Position numbers and translations under genes: made by a program. A stretch of 64,000 bases of DNA, from positions 170,363 to 234,362 of the forward strand of contig CAZRXG010000001.1 in assembly GCA_964603985.1 (NCBI GenBank), given 5' to 3'. Every line of letters starts with the position of its first letter. Positions within the stretch are counted from its first letter, which is position 1. The notes beneath the pieces are model-generated. The model was not told the DNA's origin and did no database searches. It saw nothing but the letters and a program-made list of their open reading frames with translations. Origin of the DNA: an uncultured Anaerolineae bacterium (GTDB lineage: Bacteria > Chloroflexota > Anaerolineae > Aggregatilineales > UBA3940). Below are positions 8,094 through 17,207 of the stretch, in pieces.

Positions 8094-9518
8094 ATGGAAG
8101 AAAAACAACAACCAACCACCGAACCAATGACCATCGACTCTGAGCTGGCGCAGCGCGTCATGGACGAGCTGGGGCAGAACGTCTATCTGTGCTACCAGTG
8201 CGTCAAGTGCACCAGCGGCTGCCCGGTATCGGAGTTCTTCGATTGGCAGCCCAACCAGATCATGCGTGCCGTGCAGTTGGGCCAGGAGGACATCGCCCTG
8301 CGCTCCAAGACGCCGTGGCTGTGCGCCTCATGCCAGACGTGTACGACGCGCTGCCCGCAGGGGTTGGACATCGCGGCGATCATGGAGTTCCTGACCCGCG
8401 AGGCGCTTAAACGGGACATCAAACCCCAGGTGCCCGAAACAGACTACTTCAACAAGGCCTCCATGCGCGAGGTGAAACTGTGGGGGCGGGCCTATGAGCT
8501 GGGCCTGATGATGGAGATGAAGCTCCGCACGCTCGACATCATGGGTGACATGGACCTGGGTGTCAGGATGCTTCTGAAGAACAAGCTGGCTCTTCTGCCC
8601 AGCCCGACGCGCCCGCCGGACAAGGTAAAGCCTATGCCCGGCGCAGCGCGTGCCATCGCCTACTATCCGGGCTGCTCGCTGCACTCCACGGCACCGGAGT
8701 TTGACATCTCAACGCGGGCCGTGTGCGAGGCGCTCGACATGACCCTGATCGAGCCGAAGGGCTGGGTGTGTTGCGGCAGTTCGGCTGCCCATCGCGCCGA
8801 CCCGGCTGAAGCGCTACGCTTGCCGATGGTAAACCTGTCCATCATCGAGCAGAGCGGATTCAACGAAGTGACGATGCCGTGCGCGATGTGCTTCAGCCGC
8901 CATAAGTTTGCCCAGCACGAGATCAGGCACGACGAGCAGCACAAGGCTGAGGTAGAGGAAGCATTGGACTACAATTACCAGGACACGGTGCACGTCAGCA
9001 CGCTGATCGAGGCAATCCACGATCACGTTGGAACAGAGGCCGTCAGCGAGAAAATCGAGAAGCCGCTCGACGGGCTGCGTGTGGCCTGTTACTATGGCTG
9101 CCTGCTGACGCGCCCGCCCGAAGTCACCGGGGTGGAACATCCCGAAAACCCGACCGACATGGACGAGCTGATGGTGGCACTGGGGGCAGAGGTCGTCGAT
9201 TGGTCCTACAAGACCAACTGCTGTGGGGCGGGTCTGTCGCTGACGCGCCCTGAGATCGTGCTTGAACTGAGCAGCGCCATCATCGAGCATGCCCGCGAAG
9301 CCGGTGCCGAAGTGATCGCAGTGGCCTGCCCGATGTGCCACGCCAACCTGGATGCCCGCCAGTTCCAGATGGGCCTGGAAGCGCCCGTGCCGGTGCTGTA
9401 CTTTACACAGTTGATGGCGCTGGCCCTGGGGCTGCCGGAGAAGGCTGCCGCACTGAGCAGGAATTTGGTCGACCCGCGCCCAATCCTGAAGAGCAAGGGC
9501 TTTCTCGGCCAGCGCTGA
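8094..9518 (+). CDS. hdrCB: fused heterodisulfide reductase subunits C and B (HdrC-HdrB)
   Basis: N-terminal CYQCVKCTSGCP and CASCQTCTTRCP (HdrC); two CCG domains YYPGC..CCGSS..PCAMC and YYGC..CCGAG..ACPMC (HdrB). Confidence 0.88.
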   Translation: MEEKQQPTTEPMTIDSELAQRVMDELGQNVYLCYQCVKCTSGCPVSEFFDWQPNQIMRAVQLGQEDIALRSKTPWLCASCQTCTTRCPQGLDIAAIMEFLTREALKRDIKPQVPETDYFNKASMREVKLWGRAYELGLMMEMKLRTLDIMGDMDLGVRMLLKNKLALLPSPTRPPDKVKPMPGAARAIAYYPGCSLHSTAPEFDISTRAVCEALDMTLIEPKGWVCCGSSAAHRADPAEALRLPMVNLSIIEQSGFNEVTMPCAMCFSRHKFAQHEIRHDEQHKAEVEEALDYNYQDTVHVSTLIEAIHDHVGTEAVSEKIEKPLDGLRVACYYGCLLTRPPEVTGVEHPENPTDMDELMVALGAEVVDWSYKTNCCGAGLSLTRPEIVLELSSAIIEHAREAGAEVIAVACPMCHANLDARQFQMGLEAPVPVLYFTQLMALALGLPEKAAALSRNLVDPRPILKSKGFLGQR

Positions 9519-9603
9519 GGCGGCTGGCCGACCAGTAACGCAAGCAACCAGCCGGAGGAGACACAGAAGCTAAACTCTCTGTAAAGATTCTCCCGCCACA
9601 GGT

Positions 9604-10158
9604 GTGCTGCAGGGGGTGACCGTGGTCCTTGTAGATATGCTGGACGAAGTTCTGGAAGCGGCGTGGCGGACAATTTGCAGCACGTATAACATAACCGCCG
9701 GGTCTCCGACCGTACAGGTTCTGTTCGAGGGGGCCGACTTAGATGCGTCGACCCAGGCGGCGGAGACGGTCATCGTCAACATGCTGTCGGAGGCCATAGA
9801 GAAGATCGACCGCTTTTCCCCCTGGTACAAGATGCCGGCCAGGGCATTTGGCCTGATCGCGGTGCGCGACAGCACTACCAATTGTCTGCGTTGGGTTCTC
9901 GCACCTGAAGCTGTGCAGCGCTGGCAGCAGTTGTTGGGAGATCTTACAGTTGCCATTCAGAGAAACAGCGGGCTACTCCAGGCCACCAAGCTGGTCGACG
10001 AACTGGTGAGGAAGGCCCCCGCTGACGACCCGTGCGTGATGGCCTGTTGCGGCTGTGTCCCCAGACGGACTATCCTGGTCAAACAGTCGGTTCTGCTCGG
10101 CACCGAGGTCGTGTGCGGCGCGTGCAAACAGCCCTTCCGCCCGGTAGAGTGCGAGTAG
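9604..10158 (+). CDS. hypothetical protein with C-terminal Cys-rich, possible zinc-binding motif
   Basis: 184-aa ORF filling an intergenic space; CCGC-x(19)-CGAC near the C-terminus; start uncertain. Confidence 0.6.
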   Translation: MLQGVTVVLVDMLDEVLEAAWRTICSTYNITAGSPTVQVLFEGADLDASTQAAETVIVNMLSEAIEKIDRFSPWYKMPARAFGLIAVRDSTTNCLRWVLAPEAVQRWQQLLGDLTVAIQRNSGLLQATKLVDELVRKAPADDPCVMACCGCVPRRTILVKQSVLLGTEVVCGACKQPFRPVECE

Positions 10159-10228
10159 GCACGCCTGCTTAAACGGGAAACGACCCGGCGCGCACTCGGT
10201 TCTGCGCCGACTACGGACGGTTATAGCG

Positions 10229-10651
10229 CTACGGTTTGCAGCGTTCGTGCTCCCTGATGAACGCCATCAGGATGTCGGACGAGGTAACGATCCCCACCAG
10301 TGTTTCGCTGCGCATCACGGGTAAGCAACCGATCCGGTTAGCCAGCATGAGCCGGGCGGCTTCGGTGGCAGGGGTGCTCGGTTCGGCGGTAATTGGCGCG
10401 GGGGTCATCGTATTACGCACCAGGATCTCATAAACCCGCTCCTCGTCACGCCAGTGGTCGCGCATTGTGTATGGCAGATTGAGCGCCGCGTGGCAGTCGT
10501 GATCGGTGAGGATGCCGGTTAGATGTCCGTCGTCGCTCAGCACCGGCAGATGGTGGCAGCCAACGTGTTCCATCTTCTCAAGCGCATCCGCTAACGTCCT
10601 GTCCTGTTGAATCGTGACTGGCTTCTCAGTCATGATGTCAGACACGTTCAT
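10229..10651 (-). CDS. CBS domain-containing protein (AcuB-like)
   Basis: MNVSDIMT..PVTI, HHLPV, GILTDHD, IGCLPV, LVGIVTSSD: tandem CBS pair. Confidence 0.88.
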   Translation of the reverse strand: MNVSDIMTEKPVTIQQDRTLADALEKMEHVGCHHLPVLSDDGHLTGILTDHDCHAALNLPYTMRDHWRDEERVYEILVRNTMTPAPITAEPSTPATEAARLMLANRIGCLPVMRSETLVGIVTSSDILMAFIREHERCKP

Positions 10652-11020
10652 AACGAATCTCCGGAATAATCCCTGCCCGCAATGGATGTTCCACGCCCAG
10701 GGACGTGCCTTAACGCTTGAGAAACTACTGTTTACAACTGCCGTCCAGCGCCGGTGCTACTTCGCCTGCCCTCCTGTTGGCCCAACTAAACTCTCTCCCC
10801 GGTGCCCACGGCGAGAACCCATTGAGAAACCGCCTATGAAGGGTGCTGCAAGATCATTGCTCCGGTATTAGGAGATGTGCCTCACCGGCGAAAGGAGCCA
10901 GAGGTCAAGAGCCGCTATTCAAAAGAGCGTCTGGATACTGAATGGGGTTCGCCGCCCAAGCGTGATGCTTACCCGTTCCTATCAGGATACGATCTTACGG
11001 GAGAACAATGGTACTGAGAA

Positions 11021-11042
11021 GAGGGTGATAGATGTCACATTT
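11021..11042. promoter_or_regulatory. CRP-family-like operator GGTGA-N6-TCACA
   Basis: gagGGTGAtagatgTCACAttt closely matches TGTGA-N6-TCACA. Confidence 0.45.
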
Positions 11043-11051
11043 AACCGGCTG

Positions 11052-12221
11052 TCAGGATGCCCCCACCGGTATGCTAATGGTGAGGCGCGTTCCCTGGTGG
11101 GGGGCCGACTCGATCCGCACCTGGCCATCGTGGATCTGCGCACGCTGCTGGATGTTGCGCAGCCCCAAACCGGTGTGATCAGACAGATTGTTCAGGTCAA
11201 AGCCCTGCCCGTCGTCTGTAATGACGATCTGGAAAACATTGCCGTTTTGCCGGGCTGCGACGGTGATCTGGTGAGCGTTCGCATGGCGGATCGCATTGCT
11301 GATGGCTTCGTTGGCGATCTGGCAGATCGCCTCAAAGGTTGCCGGCACGAAAGGGGGTTCCTGATCCGGTGCCTCGATGCTGACGGTCAGCGTTTCGGGG
11401 ATGTGCAGGCGGGCCACCAGATCGGCCAGCGACTCGTAGATTGACTCGCGTCGGTGGTTTCTCCGTTGCAAGTTGTGAATATAGCCGCGAATGTCCTCGA
11501 TCACTCCGTTAAGCTCGTCGATGAGTAGCTGGGGTTCGTCCGGCTGGACATGTCCCGACATACGAAGAAGTTCCAGGTGCATGCCGATGGCGTAGAGCGA
11601 CTGTATCACGCCGTCGTGCAGCTCCATGCCGATCCGCTCGCGTTCCTCCAGCAGGGCTACCCGGCTCTGCTGCTCGCTTAACTGGGCACCGGCAATCGCC
11701 AGCGCAGCATAACCGGCCATGGCTTCAATGAGCCATTGATCCTGCTCGCTGAAAGGCTCGCCGTCTTCGCGGTCACACAGGTAAAGCAGGCCAAAGAGCT
11801 GCTGACCAACCTGGATCGGAACACCCAGCAGGCTGGTCATGGGGGGATGTCCCGCGCAAAAGCCAACAGAACGGGGGTGATCGGCCATCCGTGCCAGGCG
11901 AAGCGTTTTTCTCTTCTCCTGGATCACCCTCAAGAGTCCCTCCCCCCTTGGCAGGTGCGCTACTTCCTCAATCTCTTGCTGAGTCATTCCGGAAACTTTG
12001 AAGTACTTCAACCCGCCGCGCTCGTCAGGAACGCTCAGCGCCGCATAACGTGCGTTGACAAGCTCCCTTGAAGCGTGGGCGATCCGCTCCAATACCTGCT
12101 CCAGCGTCCTGGCTTCGGCGGCGTGCATCACCGTCGAGGCTATGCTGTTGAGAGTGTTCAGGACGTCGCGCACGCTCCCTGAGGAATGGTGCTTGTTGTT
12201 GTTTGCCATATTGTATATCAC
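11052..12221 (-). CDS. DosS/DevS-like heme-binding GAF sensor histidine kinase (HisKA_3)
   Basis: GAF with HLPRGEG..SVGFCAGHPPMTSLLGVP; H-box IGMELHDGVIQ; DDGQGF, GLGLRNI; start may be ATG of MANN. Confidence 0.85.
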   Translation of the reverse strand: MIYNMANNNKHHSSGSVRDVLNTLNSIASTVMHAAEARTLEQVLERIAHASRELVNARYAALSVPDERGGLKYFKVSGMTQQEIEEVAHLPRGEGLLRVIQEKRKTLRLARMADHPRSVGFCAGHPPMTSLLGVPIQVGQQLFGLLYLCDREDGEPFSEQDQWLIEAMAGYAALAIAGAQLSEQQSRVALLEERERIGMELHDGVIQSLYAIGMHLELLRMSGHVQPDEPQLLIDELNGVIEDIRGYIHNLQRRNHRRESIYESLADLVARLHIPETLTVSIEAPDQEPPFVPATFEAICQIANEAISNAIRHANAHQITVAARQNGNVFQIVITDDGQGFDLNNLSDHTGLGLRNIQQRAQIHDGQVRIESAPHQGTRLTISIPVGAS

Positions 12222-12431
12222 ATTTACGAAGAGAATATGTTAAAATCGACACTATATGTCTATACTATAAATGTACCACATTCTTTGGCTTAAGTGCAGG
12301 GCTGAACGGCCCCGACCACATTGAAGCCCCAGGAATCACCGGGAACAAACCTCCGACTCAAGTCGGAACCGCCAGCCTCAGAGGTTGCCTGTGACCGGGA
12401 CGGTGCCGCCGGGGCACAGTGCTGGGTCAGT

Positions 12432-12445
12432 CTTGAGTACTCAAG
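12432..12445. promoter_or_regulatory. perfect 14-bp palindrome CTTGAGTACTCAAG, candidate operator
   Basis: Perfect dyad about 20 nt upstream of the response regulator ATG in a divergent intergenic region. Confidence 0.4.
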
Positions 12446-12464
12446 CAGAAAAGCCGGACAGGTT

Positions 12465-13151
12465 ATGTCCAAGACAGTACGAATTCTTATCGCAGACGAT
12501 CACGCAGTAGTCAGGGCGGGGCTGCGTGCCTTGCTCGAACGCCGCGAGGACTTCACCATCGTCGCTGAGGCATCCACCGGTGAAGAAGCAGTCACCAAAG
12601 CCCAGGAGCACAAGCCAGAGGTGGCTGTGCTCGACATCCGTATGCCGGGGCTGTCCGGCATCGAAGCCTGCCGCCGCATCGTGGAAACGGTGGAAGGCTG
12701 CAAGGTGATCATGCTCACCGCATATGCCGAGGACGAGTTGCTGTTTGCTGCCATCCAGGCAGGTGCGGCGGGCTACGTGCTGAAGCGGATCGGGGATGAG
12801 GAGTTGGTGCAGGCCATTGATCGAGTCAGCCGGGGCGAGGGAATGCTCGATCCCTCTATGACGGTCAGCGTCTTCTCCGAAATGCGCAAAGCCAGAGAAG
12901 CACAGCACGCCGCGGCCTTCGCCGACCTGACCCCTCAGGAGTTAGCCGTGCTGGCGCTGGTAGCAGAGGGGCTGACCAACCGCCAGATCGCCGTCAAGCT
13001 TTACCTGGGTGAGGGCACCGTCCGCAACTACGTCAGCAGTGTGCTCGCCAAAATCGGCGCATCCAACCGCGCCGAGGCGGCGGCCTATGCTGTCAAGCAT
13101 AACATCAACGAGTTTGTGCCGCCGCCCCCTGACGACAGCAGAGAAAAATGA
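12465..13151 (+). CDS. NarL/DosR-family response regulator (REC + LuxR HTH)
   Basis: MSKTVRILIADDHAVVR, VLDIRMP, MLTAY, GYVLK, LTPQE..GLTNRQIA; ATG at 12465 preferred over the longer track start. Confidence 0.92.
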   Translation: MSKTVRILIADDHAVVRAGLRALLERREDFTIVAEASTGEEAVTKAQEHKPEVAVLDIRMPGLSGIEACRRIVETVEGCKVIMLTAYAEDELLFAAIQAGAAGYVLKRIGDEELVQAIDRVSRGEGMLDPSMTVSVFSEMRKAREAQHAAAFADLTPQELAVLALVAEGLTNRQIAVKLYLGEGTVRNYVSSVLAKIGASNRAEAAAYAVKHNINEFVPPPPDDSREK

Positions 13152-13191
13152 GCCGGGCCGGCAGGTCCGGCTGAAGATACGCCAGACAAAA

Positions 13192-13231
13192 CAACTCCGT
13201 GACGGGTGATGCGCATTCCGTCACGGAGTTG
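13192..13231. terminator. bidirectional intrinsic terminator candidate between convergent genes
   Basis: 14-bp stem CAACTCCGTGACGG/CCGTCACGGAGTTG flanked by AAAA and CGCTTTT. Confidence 0.7.
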
Positions 13232-13255
13232 CGCTTTTGCAGTTGGTTGGTAGTC

Positions 13256-13807
13256 TCAGGCGGTCACCAGACTGAGGGCAACCTCGGCGCCTTTGTCCAG
13301 CGCCTGGTAGTTGATGTCCAGCATATTCCGCCGATGCTCAGGTATGTGTCCGTCGAGTGCGTGCTTGATGGCATCGATAGAGAGGATGGGGTGGACGGTG
13401 AGCATGGCCCCAAGCATGACGACGTTGGCCAGGCGAAGGTTGCCCAGTTCGTCCGCCAGGCCGGCGGCCGGAACGGCAAGCTCGGTGATGTCGGTGCGCC
13501 CGCTTGCCTGTGAGATCAGGGAAGCGTTGCGGACCAGCACCCCGCCCGGCGCAACAAGCGATTCGTACTTCTCAAAAGAGGGGTTGTTGAAGACGAGCGC
13601 CACTTTCGGGCGGCTGACGATGGGTGAGCCGATAGGCTTATCGCTGAGTACCACGTAGCAGTGAGCCGTCCCGCCGCGCATTTCGGGGCCATAAGAGGGA
13701 ATCCAGGTGACCTCCATGCCCTCGTCCATCCCGGCGTATGCCAGCAGTTGACCGGCGAACATCACACCCTGGCCGCCAAAACCGGCGAACAAGAATTCTT
13801 CTTGCAT
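13256..13807 (-). CDS. 2-oxoacid:ferredoxin oxidoreductase gamma subunit
   Basis: FAGFGGQGVM, SYGPEMRGG, ANVVMLGA. Confidence 0.92.
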   Translation of the reverse strand: MQEEFLFAGFGGQGVMFAGQLLAYAGMDEGMEVTWIPSYGPEMRGGTAHCYVVLSDKPIGSPIVSRPKVALVFNNPSFEKYESLVAPGGVLVRNASLISQASGRTDITELAVPAAGLADELGNLRLANVVMLGAMLTVHPILSIDAIKHALDGHIPEHRRNMLDINYQALDKGAEVALSLVTA

Positions 13808-13820
13808 CGTTTCTATCCTG

Positions 13821-14609
<789 letters not shown>

Positions 14610-14630
14610 GTCTGATCTCCTGCCTGCGGC

Positions 14631-15704
14631 CTAGCCGGGCTGAAGGGTCGCGAGCTTCTCATACTCGTCCTCGATGGCCGCCAGAATCTCGTCCGGCATG
14701 GGGATAACGCCCCCCATACGCCCGTAGAAGGCCACGGGAATCTGTCCACCGACCGCCAGCCGGACATCTTCGAGCATTTGCCCCGCGTTCATCTCGACAA
14801 CCAGGCAGCCGTTAGCCGTGTCGGCAAGCTCGGAGATACGGTCTTCGGGGAAAGGCCACAGTGTCTGCGGGCGCAGCAGTCCAACCTTAAGCCCTTTCTC
14901 ACGGGCGGCTTCGACGGCACTGTAGGCGATACGCCCGGCGGTGCCGTAGCCGATCACCAGCAGGTCTGCGTCGTCGGTCGCGTACTCAAACCAGCGCTGT
15001 TCGTTTTTCTTAATCTCCTTGAGCCGTTCCTGTATCCTGAGGTTGTAGGCTTCCTCCTCCTCGCCCTTCAGGTAAATCGAGGAAACGAGATTTGGCTCCC
15101 GTCCTCTGGCACCGGTCAGGGCCCAGTCAGGGTGCCCCTTCTTGACCTTTTGCATAGGGGGCAGTTCAGCCGGTTCCATCATCTGCCCGATCTGCCCATC
15201 AGCAGCGACGATGACCATGTGGCGGTATTTTTCAGCCAGGTCAAAGGCCAGGACGGTGAAGTCAATGGCCTCTTGCACGGAAGCGGGGCCGAGCACAAGC
15301 GGGTGGAAATCGCCGTGCCCTGCCGAGCGGGTCACCTGGAAATAGTCACCCTGGGAGGGAAGAATGTTGCCCAACCCCGGACCGCCGCGCATGATGTCAA
15401 CGATCACGCAGGGCAGGTACGACCCGGCGATGTAGGACAGCCCTTCTTGCATCAGGCTGATTCCAGGGCTGGACGAGGATGTCATCACCCTGATGCCCGT
15501 GCAGGCCGCACCGTAAACCATGTTGATGGCGGCGACCTCGCTCTCGGCCTGGAGAAAAACCCGGTTCAGTTCGACCATGCGGCGTGATAGGTGCTCCAGC
15601 AGCTCGGTCTGAGGGGTGATGGGATATCCGAAATAGGCTTGCAGCCCGGCGCGCACGGCAGCTTCGGCAATAGCGACGTTGCCTTTAAGCATCTCCTTAG
15701 CCAT
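14631..15704 (-). CDS. vorB: 2-oxoacid:ferredoxin oxidoreductase alpha subunit (3-methyl-2-oxobutanoate dehydrogenase VorB type)
   Basis: [45 protein letters not shown]. Confidence 0.88.
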   Translation of the reverse strand: MAKEMLKGNVAIAEAAVRAGLQAYFGYPITPQTELLEHLSRRMVELNRVFLQAESEVAAINMVYGAACTGIRVMTSSSSPGISLMQEGLSYIAGSYLPCVIVDIMRGGPGLGNILPSQGDYFQVTRSAGHGDFHPLVLGPASVQEAIDFTVLAFDLAEKYRHMVIVAADGQIGQMMEPAELPPMQKVKKGHPDWALTGARGREPNLVSSIYLKGEEEEAYNLRIQERLKEIKKNEQRWFEYATDDADLLVIGYGTAGRIAYSAVEAAREKGLKVGLLRPQTLWPFPEDRISELADTANGCLVVEMNAGQMLEDVRLAVGGQIPVAFYGRMGGVIPMPDEILAAIEDEYEKLATLQPG

Positions 15705-15724
15705 AACGCCTTACCTTTCTCCCG

Positions 15725-15973
15725 TCAGGCCGTCGCCTTAGCACGGCGTCTGACGGGTTCTCGATAAACCGTGATGCACACGTCCGGGCAGATCACGGCG
15801 CAGACTGCGCAACCAGTGCACTTGTCATCCGGATCGACCAGCATGGCCGGGTGATAGCTCTTGGCATTCAGCGTGTCTTGGTCGATAACGATCACCTCCT
15901 GCGGGCATACCGTCGGGCATAGTCCGCAACCCTTGCACCTGTCTTGGTCAATGAATATGGTCCCTTTTGCCAT
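15725..15973 (-). CDS. 2[4Fe-4S] ferredoxin (oxidoreductase delta subunit)
   Basis: CKGCGLCPTVCP and CTGCAVCAVICP; first gene of the vor/kor operon. Confidence 0.9.
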   Translation of the reverse strand: MAKGTIFIDQDRCKGCGLCPTVCPQEVIVIDQDTLNAKSYHPAMLVDPDDKCTGCAVCAVICPDVCITVYREPVRRRAKATA

Positions 15974-16178
15974 AGAAAATCCTCAATAGTTAACCAGTCT
16001 CACATTGGAGGGTCTGAGCAGTGGGTGGATCTGCTGCTTATTACTTATCGTAATGTACGGCTCATGGCGAACACCAGTGCAGAACGTCACACCTCAACAC
16101 GCCGGTTGTCACCGAAAGTCGGGTAAAATCGATAAAAGAGAGCGTATTAGATAGATCAAAGTGACACTTATCTGATAG

Positions 16179-16200
16179 GAATGTGTCACATGTCACTTAC
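16179..16200. promoter_or_regulatory. CRP-family-like site in the divergent vor/por promoter
   Basis: gaaTGTGTcacatgTCACTtac; overlaps a GTGACAC-N15-GTGTCAC inverted repeat (16161-16189). Confidence 0.4.
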
Positions 16201-16303
16201 GTCACAGGCCCCTGCGTGCCAGAATGACGGAAAGGTTCGTGCATTGGCCTACGAGAGACCAGAGGCGAGGCATCGCCTCTGTGCCATGTAAGGAGATACA
16301 AGA

Positions 16304-16900
16304 ATGGCGGAGTCAGCAACCGCAACAAAGGATGAGCTACTTGAAATACGCTGGCACGGGCGTGGAGGGCAGGGTGTGGTGACGGCAGGTAAGCTGCTGG
16401 CAGACGCTGCCCTGGACGCGGGCCTGTACTTCCAGGCTTTTCCCGACTACGGGCCGGAGCGCATGGGTGCGCCCATCCGGGCGTTTACACGCATGAGCAA
16501 ATCCCCTATCCACGTACACTCACAGATCGTCGAGCCAAACGTGCTTTTGGTCCTCGACCCAACCGTGATGAGTGCGCTCGATGTCACGGAAGGCCTGGTC
16601 GAGGATGGCGTGGTTATCGTGAATACGTCCGATTCGCCGCAGCAGATCCGCGAGGAGTTAGGGCTGAAGAGCGGTCGAGTTTTCACGGTGGATGCCAGCG
16701 CCATTGCCATCAAACACCTTGGACGTGAGATCACCAACACCCCGATGCTGGGTGCGCTGGCGGCGGCAACGGGCATCTTTGAACTGGAAGAATTAGCAGG
16801 GCAGATTCGCCACAAGTTCGAGCGCAAGTTCGGCGAGCAGATCGTTCTGGCGAACATTGATGCCCTGAACGAAGCGGCAGAGCAGCTACGGGAGGGATAG
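16304..16900 (+). CDS. porC: pyruvate:ferredoxin oxidoreductase gamma subunit
   Basis: EIRWHGRGGQG, FPDYGPERMGAP, NTPMLGA. Confidence 0.92.
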   Translation: MAESATATKDELLEIRWHGRGGQGVVTAGKLLADAALDAGLYFQAFPDYGPERMGAPIRAFTRMSKSPIHVHSQIVEPNVLLVLDPTVMSALDVTEGLVEDGVVIVNTSDSPQQIREELGLKSGRVFTVDASAIAIKHLGREITNTPMLGALAAATGIFELEELAGQIRHKFERKFGEQIVLANIDALNEAAEQLREG

Positions 16901-16904
16901 CATA

Positions 16905-17204
16905 ATGGCAAAAGAGAAAAACTGGCAGGAGCTCCCTATCGGTGGGTTGATCGTAGACGCGGGCAACGCCATCGAGTACAACACCGGCAGCTGGCGAGCC
17001 TTCCGGCCCATCGTCGACATGGAGAAGTGCACCCACTGTCTGTTCTGCTGGCTCTACTGCCCGGATGTCGCCATCATTGTCAAAGATGGTCAGATGATGG
17101 GGATTGACTATGAGCACTGCAAGGGCTGCGCCGTCTGCGCCGAAGTTTGCCCGCCCAAGTGCATCACCATGCACCCTGAGTACGAGTTCGCGGAGGAAGG
17201 GTAG
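16905..17204 (+). CDS. porD: pyruvate:ferredoxin oxidoreductase delta subunit
   Basis: TGSWR..P, CTHCLFCWLYCP, CKGCAVCAEVCP. Confidence 0.92.
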   Translation: MAKEKNWQELPIGGLIVDAGNAIEYNTGSWRAFRPIVDMEKCTHCLFCWLYCPDVAIIVKDGQMMGIDYEHCKGCAVCAEVCPPKCITMHPEYEFAEEG

Positions 17205-17207
17205 AAA

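Noticed and set aside
10652-11020. ncRNA or small gene in the 400-bp gap between the kinase and CBS genes
   Set aside because: The overlapping ORFs are shadows and I could not identify a structured motif; it is treated as promoter/UTR.
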